Positions 28,629 to 38,793 of a stretch of DNA of 64,000 nt are shown here, piece by piece. A model generated the notes under the pieces. That model did no database searches. It was not told the origin of the DNA and saw only the letters and a program-made list of their open reading frames with translations. This stretch comes from an uncultured archaeon (GTDB lineage: Archaea; Asgardarchaeota; Heimdallarchaeia; Heimdallarchaeales; Kariarchaeaceae). Position 1 is the first letter of the stretch. Each line of letters begins with the position of its first letter. Made by a program: the position numbers and the translations under genes. The stretch covers positions 24,912 through 88,911 of the forward strand of contig CAZYCQ010000007.1 in NCBI GenBank assembly GCA_964645535.1, read 5' to 3'.

Positions 28629-29372
28629 GTGACTGAAGGTTCTGTCGAAATACGCACTGAGCCAAAGCCTACAGAAGTCAGGACATTTCCCTTGTCATTT
28701 GTCAGAATTGATCGACTACTACCTCATGAGGAAATCATTGAACCTGAACTAGAAAAGCTTGTTCACGACCTAAGAATCAATGGTGTCTTGAGATATCCTG
28801 TTGTCGTCTCAAAGGATACTTACGTTATTTTGGACGGTCATCATAGATACAGTGCCCTCCAACGGTTGAATTTTGAATTCGCTCCCGCCATCCTGCTTGA
28901 CTACGAAGATGATGATCTTATAACTGTCGATACTTGGTATCCAATTGTTCACACCTCTCTTCATGATTTTCTGAATCATCTCCCTTCTCAAGACTATAAG
29001 ATGGTCGATGAGCCATTCAATATTCTTCTACACAAGGTACAGCAACGTCATTACACTGCGGTTGTGGGAAATTCGGAACAGGTGGTTGCCTATACTGGTT
29101 CCCGTAGATCTTTGTTTAAGTTGGTTCGAAACCAGTATCTGACCACTACCCAATATGCAGACAATCCCAATGTAGCGTTAGACCATGCCAAAGAAGGAAA
29201 GATTGCTGTAATTTCTTGGGCTTACACAAAGAAGGAAATTGTAGAAAAGGCACAAGCACATGAGGTCTTTCTTCCAAAAACCACAAGACATACCATCAAA
29301 TACCGATATCCCCCTATCAATCTCCACCTTGAAGATCTGAAGAACGTCAAGGAAGAAGAGATAAATTTCTAG
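28629..29372 (+). CDS. serK: ParB-fold L-serine kinase, SerK-like
   Basis: LPHEE, ILDGHHRY.AL, TWYP, EVFLPKTTRH. Confidence 0.7.
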   Translation: MTEGSVEIRTEPKPTEVRTFPLSFVRIDRLLPHEEIIEPELEKLVHDLRINGVLRYPVVVSKDTYVILDGHHRYSALQRLNFEFAPAILLDYEDDDLITVDTWYPIVHTSLHDFLNHLPSQDYKMVDEPFNILLHKVQQRHYTAVVGNSEQVVAYTGSRRSLFKLVRNQYLTTTQYADNPNVALDHAKEGKIAVISWAYTKKEIVEKAQAHEVFLPKTTRHTIKYRYPPINLHLEDLKNVKEEEINF

Positions 29373-30175
29373 ATTTGAATATAGGGTCTATCCTTCATAT
29401 CGTGTTCTTCCCTGAATGTGAAATACGCAGGAACTACCAATGCATGTATTGCCCTGTTCACATCAGGGTCATATTCCCACGTGTTGATCAATTCAATCAG
29501 GTATCGAATAATGAATTCAGGATATGCTTTTGGTTCCGGAAGATCACGACGGTTTGAATGTCCCAAAACATAGTTTAATGTTCTTCCATCATCCCTATTT
29601 TCATAGGTTGCTCTGATCAGTTGGTGCAATCTAGGTGTTGCATACTCAAGCCTCTTCTCCTTTTCCATTGCTTCAATTCCAGCAAACCATGCATGATAGG
29701 CAGTTCTTCTCAAGATCAGATCCCGTGTATTTGCTGATTCAAGGATGATATCGAGTAAATCGATATCTGTAGTTCCTTTCAGAGCTTGTAGAAGGGCATA
29801 AAGAAGGTCATCTGATGCCGAGGCCAATTGATCTCCAAACAGTTGTTCACGTTCTTCAAGGGGCAATTCTTGAAGAATCTCTATAATTGTGATCTTTTGT
29901 AGAAGTTTGGCTTGTCTATAGGTATTGACTAGCAGATCTTTTGCCTGCTTTTCAGGGTCGTTCTTGAACAATTTTCGGATGACAATTGTAGCATTCAATC
30001 TAAGGAGATTATCTTGGGCTTCCAAAAATGGAAGAAGGACTTCAATATCTTCTGGAAGGCCATATCTGCCTAGAACCAGTATAGCCTCTACTTGGATGAA
30101 TTTTTTGTTGCTATTTAATTTCCGTAAGGCAATAGTTCTCCAAATCTTTGCTTTGATGGTCTCAACAACACTCAT
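29369..30175 (-). CDS. HEAT-repeat protein
   Basis: IQVEAILVLG, LLRLNA, ILRRTA helical repeats; overlaps the upstream gene by 4 nt. Confidence 0.7.
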   Translation of the reverse strand: MSVVETIKAKIWRTIALRKLNSNKKFIQVEAILVLGRYGLPEDIEVLLPFLEAQDNLLRLNATIVIRKLFKNDPEKQAKDLLVNTYRQAKLLQKITIIEILQELPLEEREQLFGDQLASASDDLLYALLQALKGTTDIDLLDIILESANTRDLILRRTAYHAWFAGIEAMEKEKRLEYATPRLHQLIRATYENRDDGRTLNYVLGHSNRRDLPEPKAYPEFIIRYLIELINTWEYDPDVNRAIHALVVPAYFTFREEHDMKDRPYIQI

Positions 30176-31698
30176 TGCACTACCTCTCCTTGCTTGATCA
30201 AATATCTGATTGCCCGATGTTGAGGCTCTGTCAGATCCTTGAGTTCTGAATAATCCACTGTCTGCGCAAGCTTACCTTCGTCCTCACGGACGTCGCTTAT
30301 GTAGGCATCTTTTTTCCGAGTTACCTGCACCGCTCTTGAAACCAATGGAAGGTCATATGGTGACGTAGGGTACCCGGTTCCGGTCTTAACACCTAAATAT
30401 GCCGCTATGTGCATTCCTGCAAACTTCTTGAAAATGATGATATCGGGCAATCCAGGCAAGGGGGTGATAAAGCCGTTCTTTTCTGCGAGCAGGTGATTCC
30501 TCAAAATAATCATTTGCTCTTGACCAATGGCATCCTCATTTATTGAAAAAACTGCAACATCTTTGTCAGGAAGCTTAACCCTTCCATGTGCTTTGACTGC
30601 TGGCTTGTCCATCAGGAGTTGCTGGCGCGAGGAAATCTTATTTCTCTGTATCTTGCCGACAAGATTGGCAACCTTGTCGAATGATTGCGCTCTGATAGGC
30701 CAGAGATCTGCCCAATATCCATTTCTGAAACTGTGCCAAACCAATGCCTCTTCAGAAAGAACTTCTCGATAGTTCTCAATGCGCTGTTTCGTTTCCGATC
30801 TCTTCCAATGTTTAACCAATTCATAATCATTCTTGATTGACTTTGCAATGTCAAAAACACTCTTACCCTCATTTTCTTCAAGTTCTGTCAGCCACTGAAG
30901 GAAAATGAAGCCTACCTCTCCAAAAGGTTGTCCAAGGTTTCCTTTCAGGTCTGGTTTGATTTGAGTAACTATATCCTCATTTAAGGTCTCCAGATATTTT
31001 CTCAGGGCATAATGACCAAACCCATGCAAAGTTAGTTCCCATAAGGGCATTCTTTTCTCAAGCTTGGTTCTTTCTTGAACAATCTGTTTGATCTCTAAGA
31101 GGAAATTGTAGAAAACAGAAGTTTTCCTCATGGAGGCCGGGGGGATATAGAAATCTTCGATTCCATAAAGCGAAAGGACTCTGAGAGATGCCACAAAATC
31201 TTGAAAATATTGCCACGCCCAAGGCGCACTTCTTTCCTTAACCAGTTCAAAGACATTGTTGGCGAACAACTCCTTGATGATGGCATCTTTTCTATAAATC
31301 TGTTCTAAAAGGCTAGGGAATGTGGATTCGGTTTTTTCTGCCAAAAGAGCCATTGAAAGAAGCTGAACCAACTTGGCCTTGATGGAATCCTTTGAAAGGG
31401 AAAACCTTGTAGCGGGCATATAGATTCTTGCTTTTCTTGAGGCAAGAAACAGATCTCGACCATTCGGTACAAGATTGTTGTGGTTTTTCAATTCTTGAAG
31501 CAATTCCAGCTCATTGGTTGAAATCAAGGCATGCGGTGTACCTGCTTGATTGGTTTGCAACAGTACCGAATCGTAGATATTGCTGTCCAGAAACAAGGCA
31601 ACCATGTAATCCTCTGGTGCATCCCCAAAAAGATTTTTCACCTCATTTCTTGCTTCCTTATACGCCTCAAGGAATTTTGGATCCGTGAAATCCATCAC
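30172..31698 (-). CDS. Hypothetical protein with degenerate HExxH and PD-(D/E)xK-like motifs
   Basis: LHGFGHY; GLPDIIIF...YLGVKTG; 4-nt overlaps on both sides. Confidence 0.7.
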   Translation of the reverse strand: MMDFTDPKFLEAYKEARNEVKNLFGDAPEDYMVALFLDSNIYDSVLLQTNQAGTPHALISTNELELLQELKNHNNLVPNGRDLFLASRKARIYMPATRFSLSKDSIKAKLVQLLSMALLAEKTESTFPSLLEQIYRKDAIIKELFANNVFELVKERSAPWAWQYFQDFVASLRVLSLYGIEDFYIPPASMRKTSVFYNFLLEIKQIVQERTKLEKRMPLWELTLHGFGHYALRKYLETLNEDIVTQIKPDLKGNLGQPFGEVGFIFLQWLTELEENEGKSVFDIAKSIKNDYELVKHWKRSETKQRIENYREVLSEEALVWHSFRNGYWADLWPIRAQSFDKVANLVGKIQRNKISSRQQLLMDKPAVKAHGRVKLPDKDVAVFSINEDAIGQEQMIILRNHLLAEKNGFITPLPGLPDIIIFKKFAGMHIAAYLGVKTGTGYPTSPYDLPLVSRAVQVTRKKDAYISDVREDEGKLAQTVDYSELKDLTEPQHRAIRYLIKQGEVVQ

Positions 31699-33098
31699 TC
31701 TGCAATCGCCTCCTGTATGATTCTTGCACCAAGCTGGTCGATTTTAGTCGGATCGATCAATATTGGCTTGGTGATGCCACCCAACATCACCTTGGTGTCC
31801 CTGTAAAGGTCACTGTTCTTGAATTTCTCAGGTGCCATCAGGAAATAGGAGATATCCCAATTTCGATCCATGCTTTTCTTGAGGAAATTAAAATATTGGT
31901 TCAGTTGAATCATGCATTCTTTTGTCTCTGTTTTTGTTGAGCTACTATTGTGTTCAAAATACTCAATGAGGAACTTATCGGGTCTTCCTGGAATCTTCCC
32001 CTTAAATGGAACGTTTGGTCGACCATCAGTTAGAACAATGATTTGAACATCATAGTCGTTTTCCTTGTGATTGTTTGTAACATGATTGACTACTGCATTG
32101 ACTGCATGAACCAATCTGGTTTTTCCTTTGGCTTCGGCTTCAAACAGGAATCTTTCCAGCCTTGCGTTGTCGTCAATTACATAGGGTACTTCTGTCACAG
32201 GTACCAAATGCATTTTGAAGGTGTCGAATTCCCGTCGTTTCCTGCGGTTGGTCAGATTGAAATAATAATAAAGGCCAAGGGACGTGAGGAGGGCTCCGTC
32301 AAGTCTGGTCAATCCCCCACTGAAGACTGTTCTTGCCATCGATTGGCTGACATCGACAATAAAATAAATCAGGGAAAGCCGATCCTTATCCACTACGCGG
32401 ATATCTTCTGTTTCAATTGATGGAGGTGGGATATTGGCACTTCTGAGAATTGCTGCCTTGTATGTATGCCTTTTCTTGATCTTTCCTCGTGGTCGGGCAT
32501 CGATGTTATCAACTGGTCGCAATGAAGCCTGTCTGATGATCATGTTTCCCAATGTTTTTCCAAGAACATCCAGAACATCACTCTGTTGGACTCTACGTTT
32601 CCGACCAAATTGATCCCTGATCTCAATATCTGTCAGCTCATTTAGTCTGCTAAGCATAGACTGTGCAACAGAAATGGATCTTCCATATTCTTGTCGCATC
32701 AGTTCAAGATGTCTTTCAATGAACTTCATGATGTCTTCCGGCGTCAGCAAAAGATCTTTGTTCACTAATTCCAAAGCTTCCGGAAGGGTATAATTCATCA
32801 TGAAGTTAAGAACTTTGAGTTGATCAATAAGTTGTTCCTCAGTTTTTGCATCCAAATTGGTTGTCAGAAGCATATCACGAATCAACTCAACTGACTTATT
32901 CGCTTCATTGGCGAGCCTGATGATTGTCCCCTCCCTTGATGACCTACCAAGATGGGGATTTCTCCATTTTCTAAGAATTTCCGCTGCATCTTGAAATTGC
33001 AAGATGAACTCTGTGGATCCATAATTGACCAATGGATCCTGATAATGAGCCTCTGTCAACCATTTGATTCGATGTGGCATTGTCGTAGCCCCCATCAC
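31695..33098 (-). CDS. vWA-domain protein
   Basis: MIDAS motif DVSQSM, GKT, VLTDGRPN. Confidence 0.88.
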   Translation of the reverse strand: MMGATTMPHRIKWLTEAHYQDPLVNYGSTEFILQFQDAAEILRKWRNPHLGRSSREGTIIRLANEANKSVELIRDMLLTTNLDAKTEEQLIDQLKVLNFMMNYTLPEALELVNKDLLLTPEDIMKFIERHLELMRQEYGRSISVAQSMLSRLNELTDIEIRDQFGRKRRVQQSDVLDVLGKTLGNMIIRQASLRPVDNIDARPRGKIKKRHTYKAAILRSANIPPPSIETEDIRVVDKDRLSLIYFIVDVSQSMARTVFSGGLTRLDGALLTSLGLYYYFNLTNRRKRREFDTFKMHLVPVTEVPYVIDDNARLERFLFEAEAKGKTRLVHAVNAVVNHVTNNHKENDYDVQIIVLTDGRPNVPFKGKIPGRPDKFLIEYFEHNSSSTKTETKECMIQLNQYFNFLKKSMDRNWDISYFLMAPEKFKNSDLYRDTKVMLGGITKPILIDPTKIDQLGARIIQEAIAE

Positions 33099-34639
33099 AG
33101 GTATGCTACATCAAGAAGTGATTCATAGCTCGGCTTAACCATGCCATATATCTCATCTTGAGCATCCTGGGGCAATTTCTCGATACCCTCATAGGAAAGT
33201 ACCAAACTCTTGAGCTGTTCCTCACTCATGGCAGTCAATTTATCAAGCTCTTCGGTAACTTCCTCCACGCTGATTGCACTTCCACCTGCCCTTAAATGCT
33301 CTCTTAGGTTCAACTTGAGGGATTGGAGGGCATTATTGACCAATGTGGGTGAAATATCATACAGCTCCAAGGTAGCCTTGACATTGTCAAGGGTGATGAT
33401 GTTGCTTTCAGTTCTCTTATCCTCATTTGCCCGTATGACTACTTCACCAATTGCGTTATTGAGGGTACGGAGGTCTATGTAGGGTGAACGTTGGGGATTG
33501 TGCACCTCATCAAGTCCTGCATAGAATTCCGCCCGTGCAAACTTATTCTCGGATCTTCCGGAAAGATTCTTGAGTGCGTTCGGAATAGATTCACTTGCGA
33601 GATGGGCTACAAATTCAACGGCTAAACGGGATACAAAATCATTCTTCCCTTCTCCCATCAATTCAAACATGCGGATAAGGGCTGGATTGGCAACAATGTT
33701 AGCTCTTTGGATGATCAAATGCTCCTCAAACATGTCCTTGACGATCTTAATACGATCCTCGACATTTCTTGCTGGCCAAAGCACCTCCGGAATACGATTG
33801 ATGATCGGCTGTGATTCCTCTCCAAAAACGGTTAGTGGGGCGTTCGAAGTGAATATGATTGCTCCATCGACATAGACTGGTTGCCCCGAAAGGTTATATT
33901 TGATTCCTTCAGGATCTTCAAGGAACCCCATCAACGATTCCAGTAAGCTGAGATGAAGTCTTTGAATTTCGTTAACAACCAAGAATCCCTGAGAGAGAGT
34001 TCCGACCTTATGTGCTTTGGGATCAAATGTGGTATTGCTGGAATCCCCAAAAAGCTGTTCAAGGTTCTCAACACCCGCCAACAACATATATAGGCTATCG
34101 GGATCATTCCGTGGATCGATCTGTGCTGTCCTGACTATTGTCTTTTCGATAGGAACTTTCTTCAACAATTCCGGAACTTTTTTGCCAAGTTTGACCATCT
34201 GATCAGTATTGTCAATGTCTACCCTTTCTCCTCCTTCCGAAAGTACTTCTTCGATAGTCGATCGGGCAAAGGGGGAAAGACTTTGAAGGACATCGATTGC
34301 TCCATAGATGTTCTTGTCATAATTGTTGATGACCTTGATAAGATAGCCTGCATCTTCGAGGAATGGACTTCCTTTGATATGGTATTTCTTCGCATTGATT
34401 TCATGGGTCAAGTGGTTAAGCAAAACTCTTGCAAAAAGGGTCTTTGCCTCCCCAGTTGGACCCGTCAAAAGAACCTTTCCTCCAACTGCCAGTTTGTCCA
34501 TAACCAATTTCTTGATGTTGTCATTGCCCCTTACTGTTTTGTCATCAAGCACTTTCTGCCTGAATTTCTCGTCCGTCATGATGGAACGAACTGAGCATCC
34601 TTGATACCCCGCATCTATTAGGTTCTGAACTGTTTGCAT
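33095..34639 (-). CDS. AAA+ ATPase, Mg-chelatase/MoxR-related (Rv0958-like)
   Basis: Walker A GPTGEAKT, Walker B LVVNE, sensor-1 FTSN, PIINR arginine finger. Confidence 0.8.
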   Translation of the reverse strand: MQTVQNLIDAGYQGCSVRSIMTDEKFRQKVLDDKTVRGNDNIKKLVMDKLAVGGKVLLTGPTGEAKTLFARVLLNHLTHEINAKKYHIKGSPFLEDAGYLIKVINNYDKNIYGAIDVLQSLSPFARSTIEEVLSEGGERVDIDNTDQMVKLGKKVPELLKKVPIEKTIVRTAQIDPRNDPDSLYMLLAGVENLEQLFGDSSNTTFDPKAHKVGTLSQGFLVVNEIQRLHLSLLESLMGFLEDPEGIKYNLSGQPVYVDGAIIFTSNAPLTVFGEESQPIINRIPEVLWPARNVEDRIKIVKDMFEEHLIIQRANIVANPALIRMFELMGEGKNDFVSRLAVEFVAHLASESIPNALKNLSGRSENKFARAEFYAGLDEVHNPQRSPYIDLRTLNNAIGEVVIRANEDKRTESNIITLDNVKATLELYDISPTLVNNALQSLKLNLREHLRAGGSAISVEEVTEELDKLTAMSEEQLKSLVLSYEGIEKLPQDAQDEIYGMVKPSYESLLDVAYL

Positions 34640-34710
34640 ACAAGTCAGAATTTGACGTTCTTCATATAAAGAAAACGGTGTTGACGTATGTTAAACTCGC
34701 AAGCAATTTC

Positions 34711-35295
34711 CTATTGCAGGTATTGGCTCGCCAATGTGCTTAAATCTGTATCTGGCAAGTTCGCAAAGTGTTGCAGGGCTTCCCTGATTTTGGGATCGAA
34801 TGCCTCGTTTTTCCCTTGCATTGCTCCAAGGCATTTGATCACGGCAATTTTTACAGGGTTAATCTGTGATGCTGCTAAATTCATCAGAATTTCAACAGTT
34901 TCTCCGATCCTTTCTGGTGCAAACGCTCCTTGTTTTTCCAGCCAAGCTACTGGATCCTGTCCAAACAGTGCCTCTTGAATGAATGAAGCCGACCAATTTG
35001 ACCCTCCGCTCGATCCTAACTCCACAGTGGCAGGGGTTGCTTCCTGTTCCTGTGCTACACCCCACTCCATATTAAGCCTTCTTTCAATTTCCTCTGGGTC
35101 ATTGATGGATCTTACTACGTTTGGTGTTTCTAATGACAGTTGATCATGACATTTTCTGCATAAAAATCGAACAACCTTTTGACCCACCTCATTGTCGCGT
35201 ACCTGAAGCCAATTTACACCATCCTGTCCGCAGATGTCGCAGTATTGGAATTCCATCTCGTTTTCCAAAACCCGACCCAAAAACTCATCCGACAT
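34711..35295 (-). CDS. Hypothetical protein: N-terminal Zn ribbon, C-terminal HEAT-like helices
   Basis: CDIC...LCRKC; PVKIAVIKCLG. Confidence 0.65.
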   Translation of the reverse strand: MSDEFLGRVLENEMEFQYCDICGQDGVNWLQVRDNEVGQKVVRFLCRKCHDQLSLETPNVVRSINDPEEIERRLNMEWGVAQEQEATPATVELGSSGGSNWSASFIQEALFGQDPVAWLEKQGAFAPERIGETVEILMNLAASQINPVKIAVIKCLGAMQGKNEAFDPKIREALQHFANLPDTDLSTLASQYLQ

Positions 35296-35425
35296 ACCCT
35301 CATTTGGTCATCCTCTCTCAAAAACTTTCTTTTGCTCAAATGAAGTTGGAAATACCGTAGTATCTCTTCAGTATCACAACTAATTTAATAAAACATGATC
35401 CGTTCATTTCTTACGGTGAACACAT

Positions 35426-35593
35426 ATGAGGCTGGTAACTGTACATCTCCCTAAAGAATTCCTCTATGGACTTGATGAACTGGTTCGACTACAGAAATAT
35501 CCGACAAGATCGGAGGCAATCCGGGTCGCCATCCGCGACTTATTGAAGGATGAACTCTGGAATTCGAATCTTGTCAAGTCCTCATCCGTCTAG
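35426..35593 (+). CDS. Ribbon-helix-helix (CopG/CdrS-like) regulator, 55 aa
   Basis: MRLVTVHLPKEFLYGLDELVRLQKYPTRSEAIRVAIRDLL; GGTGA SD; missed by the ORF track. Confidence 0.9.
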   Translation: MRLVTVHLPKEFLYGLDELVRLQKYPTRSEAIRVAIRDLLKDELWNSNLVKSSSV

Positions 35594-35812
35594 AAGTAAT
35601 TTAGCTATTTCAATCACATTCTTCCCCACGTTTCCTGGTTCATCATTTGCCAAGGCTTTTAGGTAATCTTCCCATTTTATTTCTCCCAAGGCTTCCTTCC
35701 ATTTTTCATATTGGTTCTTGATGTTTTCCAAGGCTGTCAAGTGACGCTTGCAGAATCCATCCTCAATGACCAATGATATACAGTCTTCAACCTTGCAAAA
35801 TTCTTCAGACAC
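35582..35812 (-). CDS. Small hypothetical protein with a C3H-type metal-binding motif
   Basis: CKVEDC...DGFCKRH. Confidence 0.6.
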   Translation of the reverse strand: MSEEFCKVEDCISLVIEDGFCKRHLTALENIKNQYEKWKEALGEIKWEDYLKALANDEPGNVGKNVIEIAKLLLDG

Positions 35813-35885
35813 ACCTTTTCATACGAACACAGTCATTTAATGATGTTGGTCTCTTCTCCCACTTTTCCCGGAAATTCCTATTAAT

Positions 35886-37559
35886 TTGACACATTGGGCG
35901 ATTAAACCTTTTATGTCTTGGCAAGACATTTTAGATGGTGTTTTCATGAGGTTTTTCAGAAGAACACGCAATCTCAAACGAAGGATTTTCAAAAAGAAAA
36001 TAGGGTATGTTCATCTTGTTCTTTCAGGAAAGATCCCTGTCTATGCAAAAAAGAAATCATTTATCGAAGGCAAAGTTTTCCCCTCTCCACCCCTTACACT
36101 CTTGGGTCTTTATGAAACCACTCTTCGACTTGTTTCAAATCCGCGTGTAAAGGGATTGATCATTCATTTAAGCAATCTGGAGCTTGAACGCTATGGCGAT
36201 TATGAATTCCTCAGGAATCTCATGAAAATTTGGACTGAATATGGAAAAAAGGTATATGTCTATGCTTCAAACTATGATACCCTTTCCTATTACCTTGCAA
36301 GTGCAGCTACCAAAGTTTATCTGACTCAAGGAGGGATTCTCGGCACGATTGGATTGAATCTTGAAATTCCGTTCTTGAAGGAATTTCTGGAAAAATGGGG
36401 TTTTCAAGCTCAGGTAGTTCAGATCAGCCCCTACAAATCTGCCGCAAACAATCTTTTCTATGAAGAAATGCCAAAAGAGCAGGAGAAAATGATCAACTGG
36501 ATGCTTGATTCCCTCTATGAAGGGGTTGTCCTCGGAATTTCCCAAGGTAGGAGCCGCGAAATTAATGACGTAACTTCACTTATCGACAATTCTCCCTTGA
36601 CTGACAGGGAAGCGTTAGATCAAGGATGGATTGATGGAATTCTCTCCTCCTCCGACATTCTTTCAGAAATCAAAAAGGAAGATTCTTCCGCAGTAATCAC
36701 TGAATATGCAGATGCCTTGGGTAGACTTCCCATCCCCGGCAAGAAAAAGGCTCAAATTGCATTGATCCCTGCTGTAGGGGGTATTGTTGATGGTCAAGGA
36801 AGCGATCGAGGTTTTCCCAATCCTTTCGAGGATCGATATCAAGTTGCAGATATATCTACCATCAATGCCATAAGAGCAGTCCGGAAAAATAAAAAGAAAT
36901 ACAAGGCTGCTCTTCTTTTTGTGGATTCCCCAGGCGGAAGTGCAACGGCATCAGAAAACATCCTGAATGAATTGAGGCTGTTGAGCAAAGAGATGCCTCT
37001 TTATGCCTATTTCCACAGTGTTGCTGGATCGGGCGGGTACTATATCTCCATGGCCTCGAAAAAAATCTATTCTGAACGTACGACTATCACGGCATCCATT
37101 GGGGTGCTCACTGTCAAACTGATCCGCAAGGGACTTATTGAACAACAAAAAATTAAGCCCTATGTGTTCAATAGAGGAGCACATGCTGACCTTCAATCTC
37201 CCGAAAGACCTTGGAATGAAGAAGAGTTGAATATTGTCAAAAAACAGATTGAGAACATCTATGACATATTTCTGGATCACGTCAGCACCAACAGAGGAAT
37301 CGAACGGGACAAACTTCATGAAAATGCTCAAGGAAAGGTTTTCATTGCACCCCAAGCACTTGAGAAAAACCTTCTTGACAAAATCATTCCCCTGAAAGAC
37401 GCATTGGAAGAGATCGCTTCTGAAGTTGGTTCCAAAACAGCCGATTTCCATGTTTTTCCTCCAATCGGTAAGCCCATCGCCCCCTTGGAAATGCCCGATC
37501 CGAAACAGATCAACGGAAAAATCATGTTGCAGATGTTTCCTCCCTTGAAATTCAGATAA
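35886..37559 (+). CDS. sppA: Signal peptide peptidase SppA (long form, S49)
   Basis: YYLASAA, PYKSA, DSPGGS, AGSGGYY; start uncertain. Confidence 0.9.
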   Translation: MTHWAIKPFMSWQDILDGVFMRFFRRTRNLKRRIFKKKIGYVHLVLSGKIPVYAKKKSFIEGKVFPSPPLTLLGLYETTLRLVSNPRVKGLIIHLSNLELERYGDYEFLRNLMKIWTEYGKKVYVYASNYDTLSYYLASAATKVYLTQGGILGTIGLNLEIPFLKEFLEKWGFQAQVVQISPYKSAANNLFYEEMPKEQEKMINWMLDSLYEGVVLGISQGRSREINDVTSLIDNSPLTDREALDQGWIDGILSSSDILSEIKKEDSSAVITEYADALGRLPIPGKKKAQIALIPAVGGIVDGQGSDRGFPNPFEDRYQVADISTINAIRAVRKNKKKYKAALLFVDSPGGSATASENILNELRLLSKEMPLYAYFHSVAGSGGYYISMASKKIYSERTTITASIGVLTVKLIRKGLIEQQKIKPYVFNRGAHADLQSPERPWNEEELNIVKKQIENIYDIFLDHVSTNRGIERDKLHENAQGKVFIAPQALEKNLLDKIIPLKDALEEIASEVGSKTADFHVFPPIGKPIAPLEMPDPKQINGKIMLQMFPPLKFR

Positions 37560-37625
37560 ATACCCCCTCGTCCCTTATGAAACATTTTTTTTTGTGGAAA
37601 ATCAAGAAACATTGAAGCCTACCCC

Positions 37626-38735
37626 ATGAGCACGACACAAGAGAAAATTCAGGAAATAGAGGAAGAACTGAGGAGAACCAAGGTCAACAAGGCCACTGAA
37701 AGTCATATTGGCCGACTCAAGGCAAAACTAGCCAAGCTCAAGAGGGAACAGCAGGAGCAGATCCTCGCCAAAAGTGGCAGGGGTGGCTCAGGATATGATA
37801 TCAAAAAGAGTGGGGATAGCAGTGTCGCTCTCATTGGTCTTCCTTCCGTCGGCAAATCCACCCTATTAAGTCGACTGACCAACAAGGAATCAAAAACTGG
37901 TCATTATGCCTTCACCACATTGGAGGCAATTCCCGGAATCATGGAATACAATGGTACACAGGTTCAGATCATTGATCTGCCCGGTATCATTTCCGGTGCG
38001 TCAAAAGGGAAAGGACGAGGCAAGCAGGTCCTGGGGGTGGCTCGGAGCGCAGACCTGATTCTCATTGTACTGGATGTATTCGATGCGGAAAACCATATGC
38101 GTCTGATCATGGAAGAACTCTATCACTTCGGTATCAGGCTTGATCAGGAAAAACCGGATATCGAGATCGAGAAAACCAGAAGTGGTGGTATTGCCATTGC
38201 CTCTATCAAGAAGTTAACCAAGATTGATGAAAAAACAATAAAGGCAATCATGAACGAATATAAAATCATCAACGCAAATGTCACCATCAGAACAGACATC
38301 GATGCTGACCAACTGATTGATGTTCTTGAGGGAAACCGTGTCTACATCCCCTCTGTGGTTGTTGTCAACAAAGTGGATCTAGCCACTCCTGAAATGATTG
38401 AGGATATCAAGAACAAGCTAAAGGTGGATCTCTTCATCTCCGCAGAGACCAATTACAACATGGAAGAACTCAAGAAACTCCTTTTTGAGAAGCTTGATTT
38501 GATTCGTATCTATCTGAAACCATATGGCCAACCTCCTGATTACGAGGAACCTCTCATCATGAAGGCAGGGGCTACAGTTGAGGATGTTTGTGATCGCCTC
38601 CACCGCAACCTGAAGAAAGAATTCAAATTCGCTCGTGTTTGGGGCAAATCCGCAAAGCATGCTGGTCAGAGAGTCATGCTCAACCATGTTCTCGAGGATG
38701 AGGATGTTCTCACAATCATCAAATCCCGGAATTGA
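37626..38735 (+). CDS. DRG/Rbg1-family OBG GTPase with TGS domain
   Basis: NKATESHIGRLKAKLA, GLPSVGKS, FTT, DLPG, NKVD, VWGKSAKH.GQRV. Confidence 0.95.
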   Translation: MSTTQEKIQEIEEELRRTKVNKATESHIGRLKAKLAKLKREQQEQILAKSGRGGSGYDIKKSGDSSVALIGLPSVGKSTLLSRLTNKESKTGHYAFTTLEAIPGIMEYNGTQVQIIDLPGIISGASKGKGRGKQVLGVARSADLILIVLDVFDAENHMRLIMEELYHFGIRLDQEKPDIEIEKTRSGGIAIASIKKLTKIDEKTIKAIMNEYKIINANVTIRTDIDADQLIDVLEGNRVYIPSVVVVNKVDLATPEMIEDIKNKLKVDLFISAETNYNMEELKKLLFEKLDLIRIYLKPYGQPPDYEEPLIMKAGATVEDVCDRLHRNLKKEFKFARVWGKSAKHAGQRVMLNHVLEDEDVLTIIKSRN

Positions 38736-38793
38736 AAAAACTGATCCCTCTTACTAAAACATATATTTAATGCTTCAATCATAGCTATAATTA

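Noticed and set aside
28629-29372. ParB partitioning protein
   Set aside because: No HTH and no parA neighbour; the motifs fit a SerK-type kinase.
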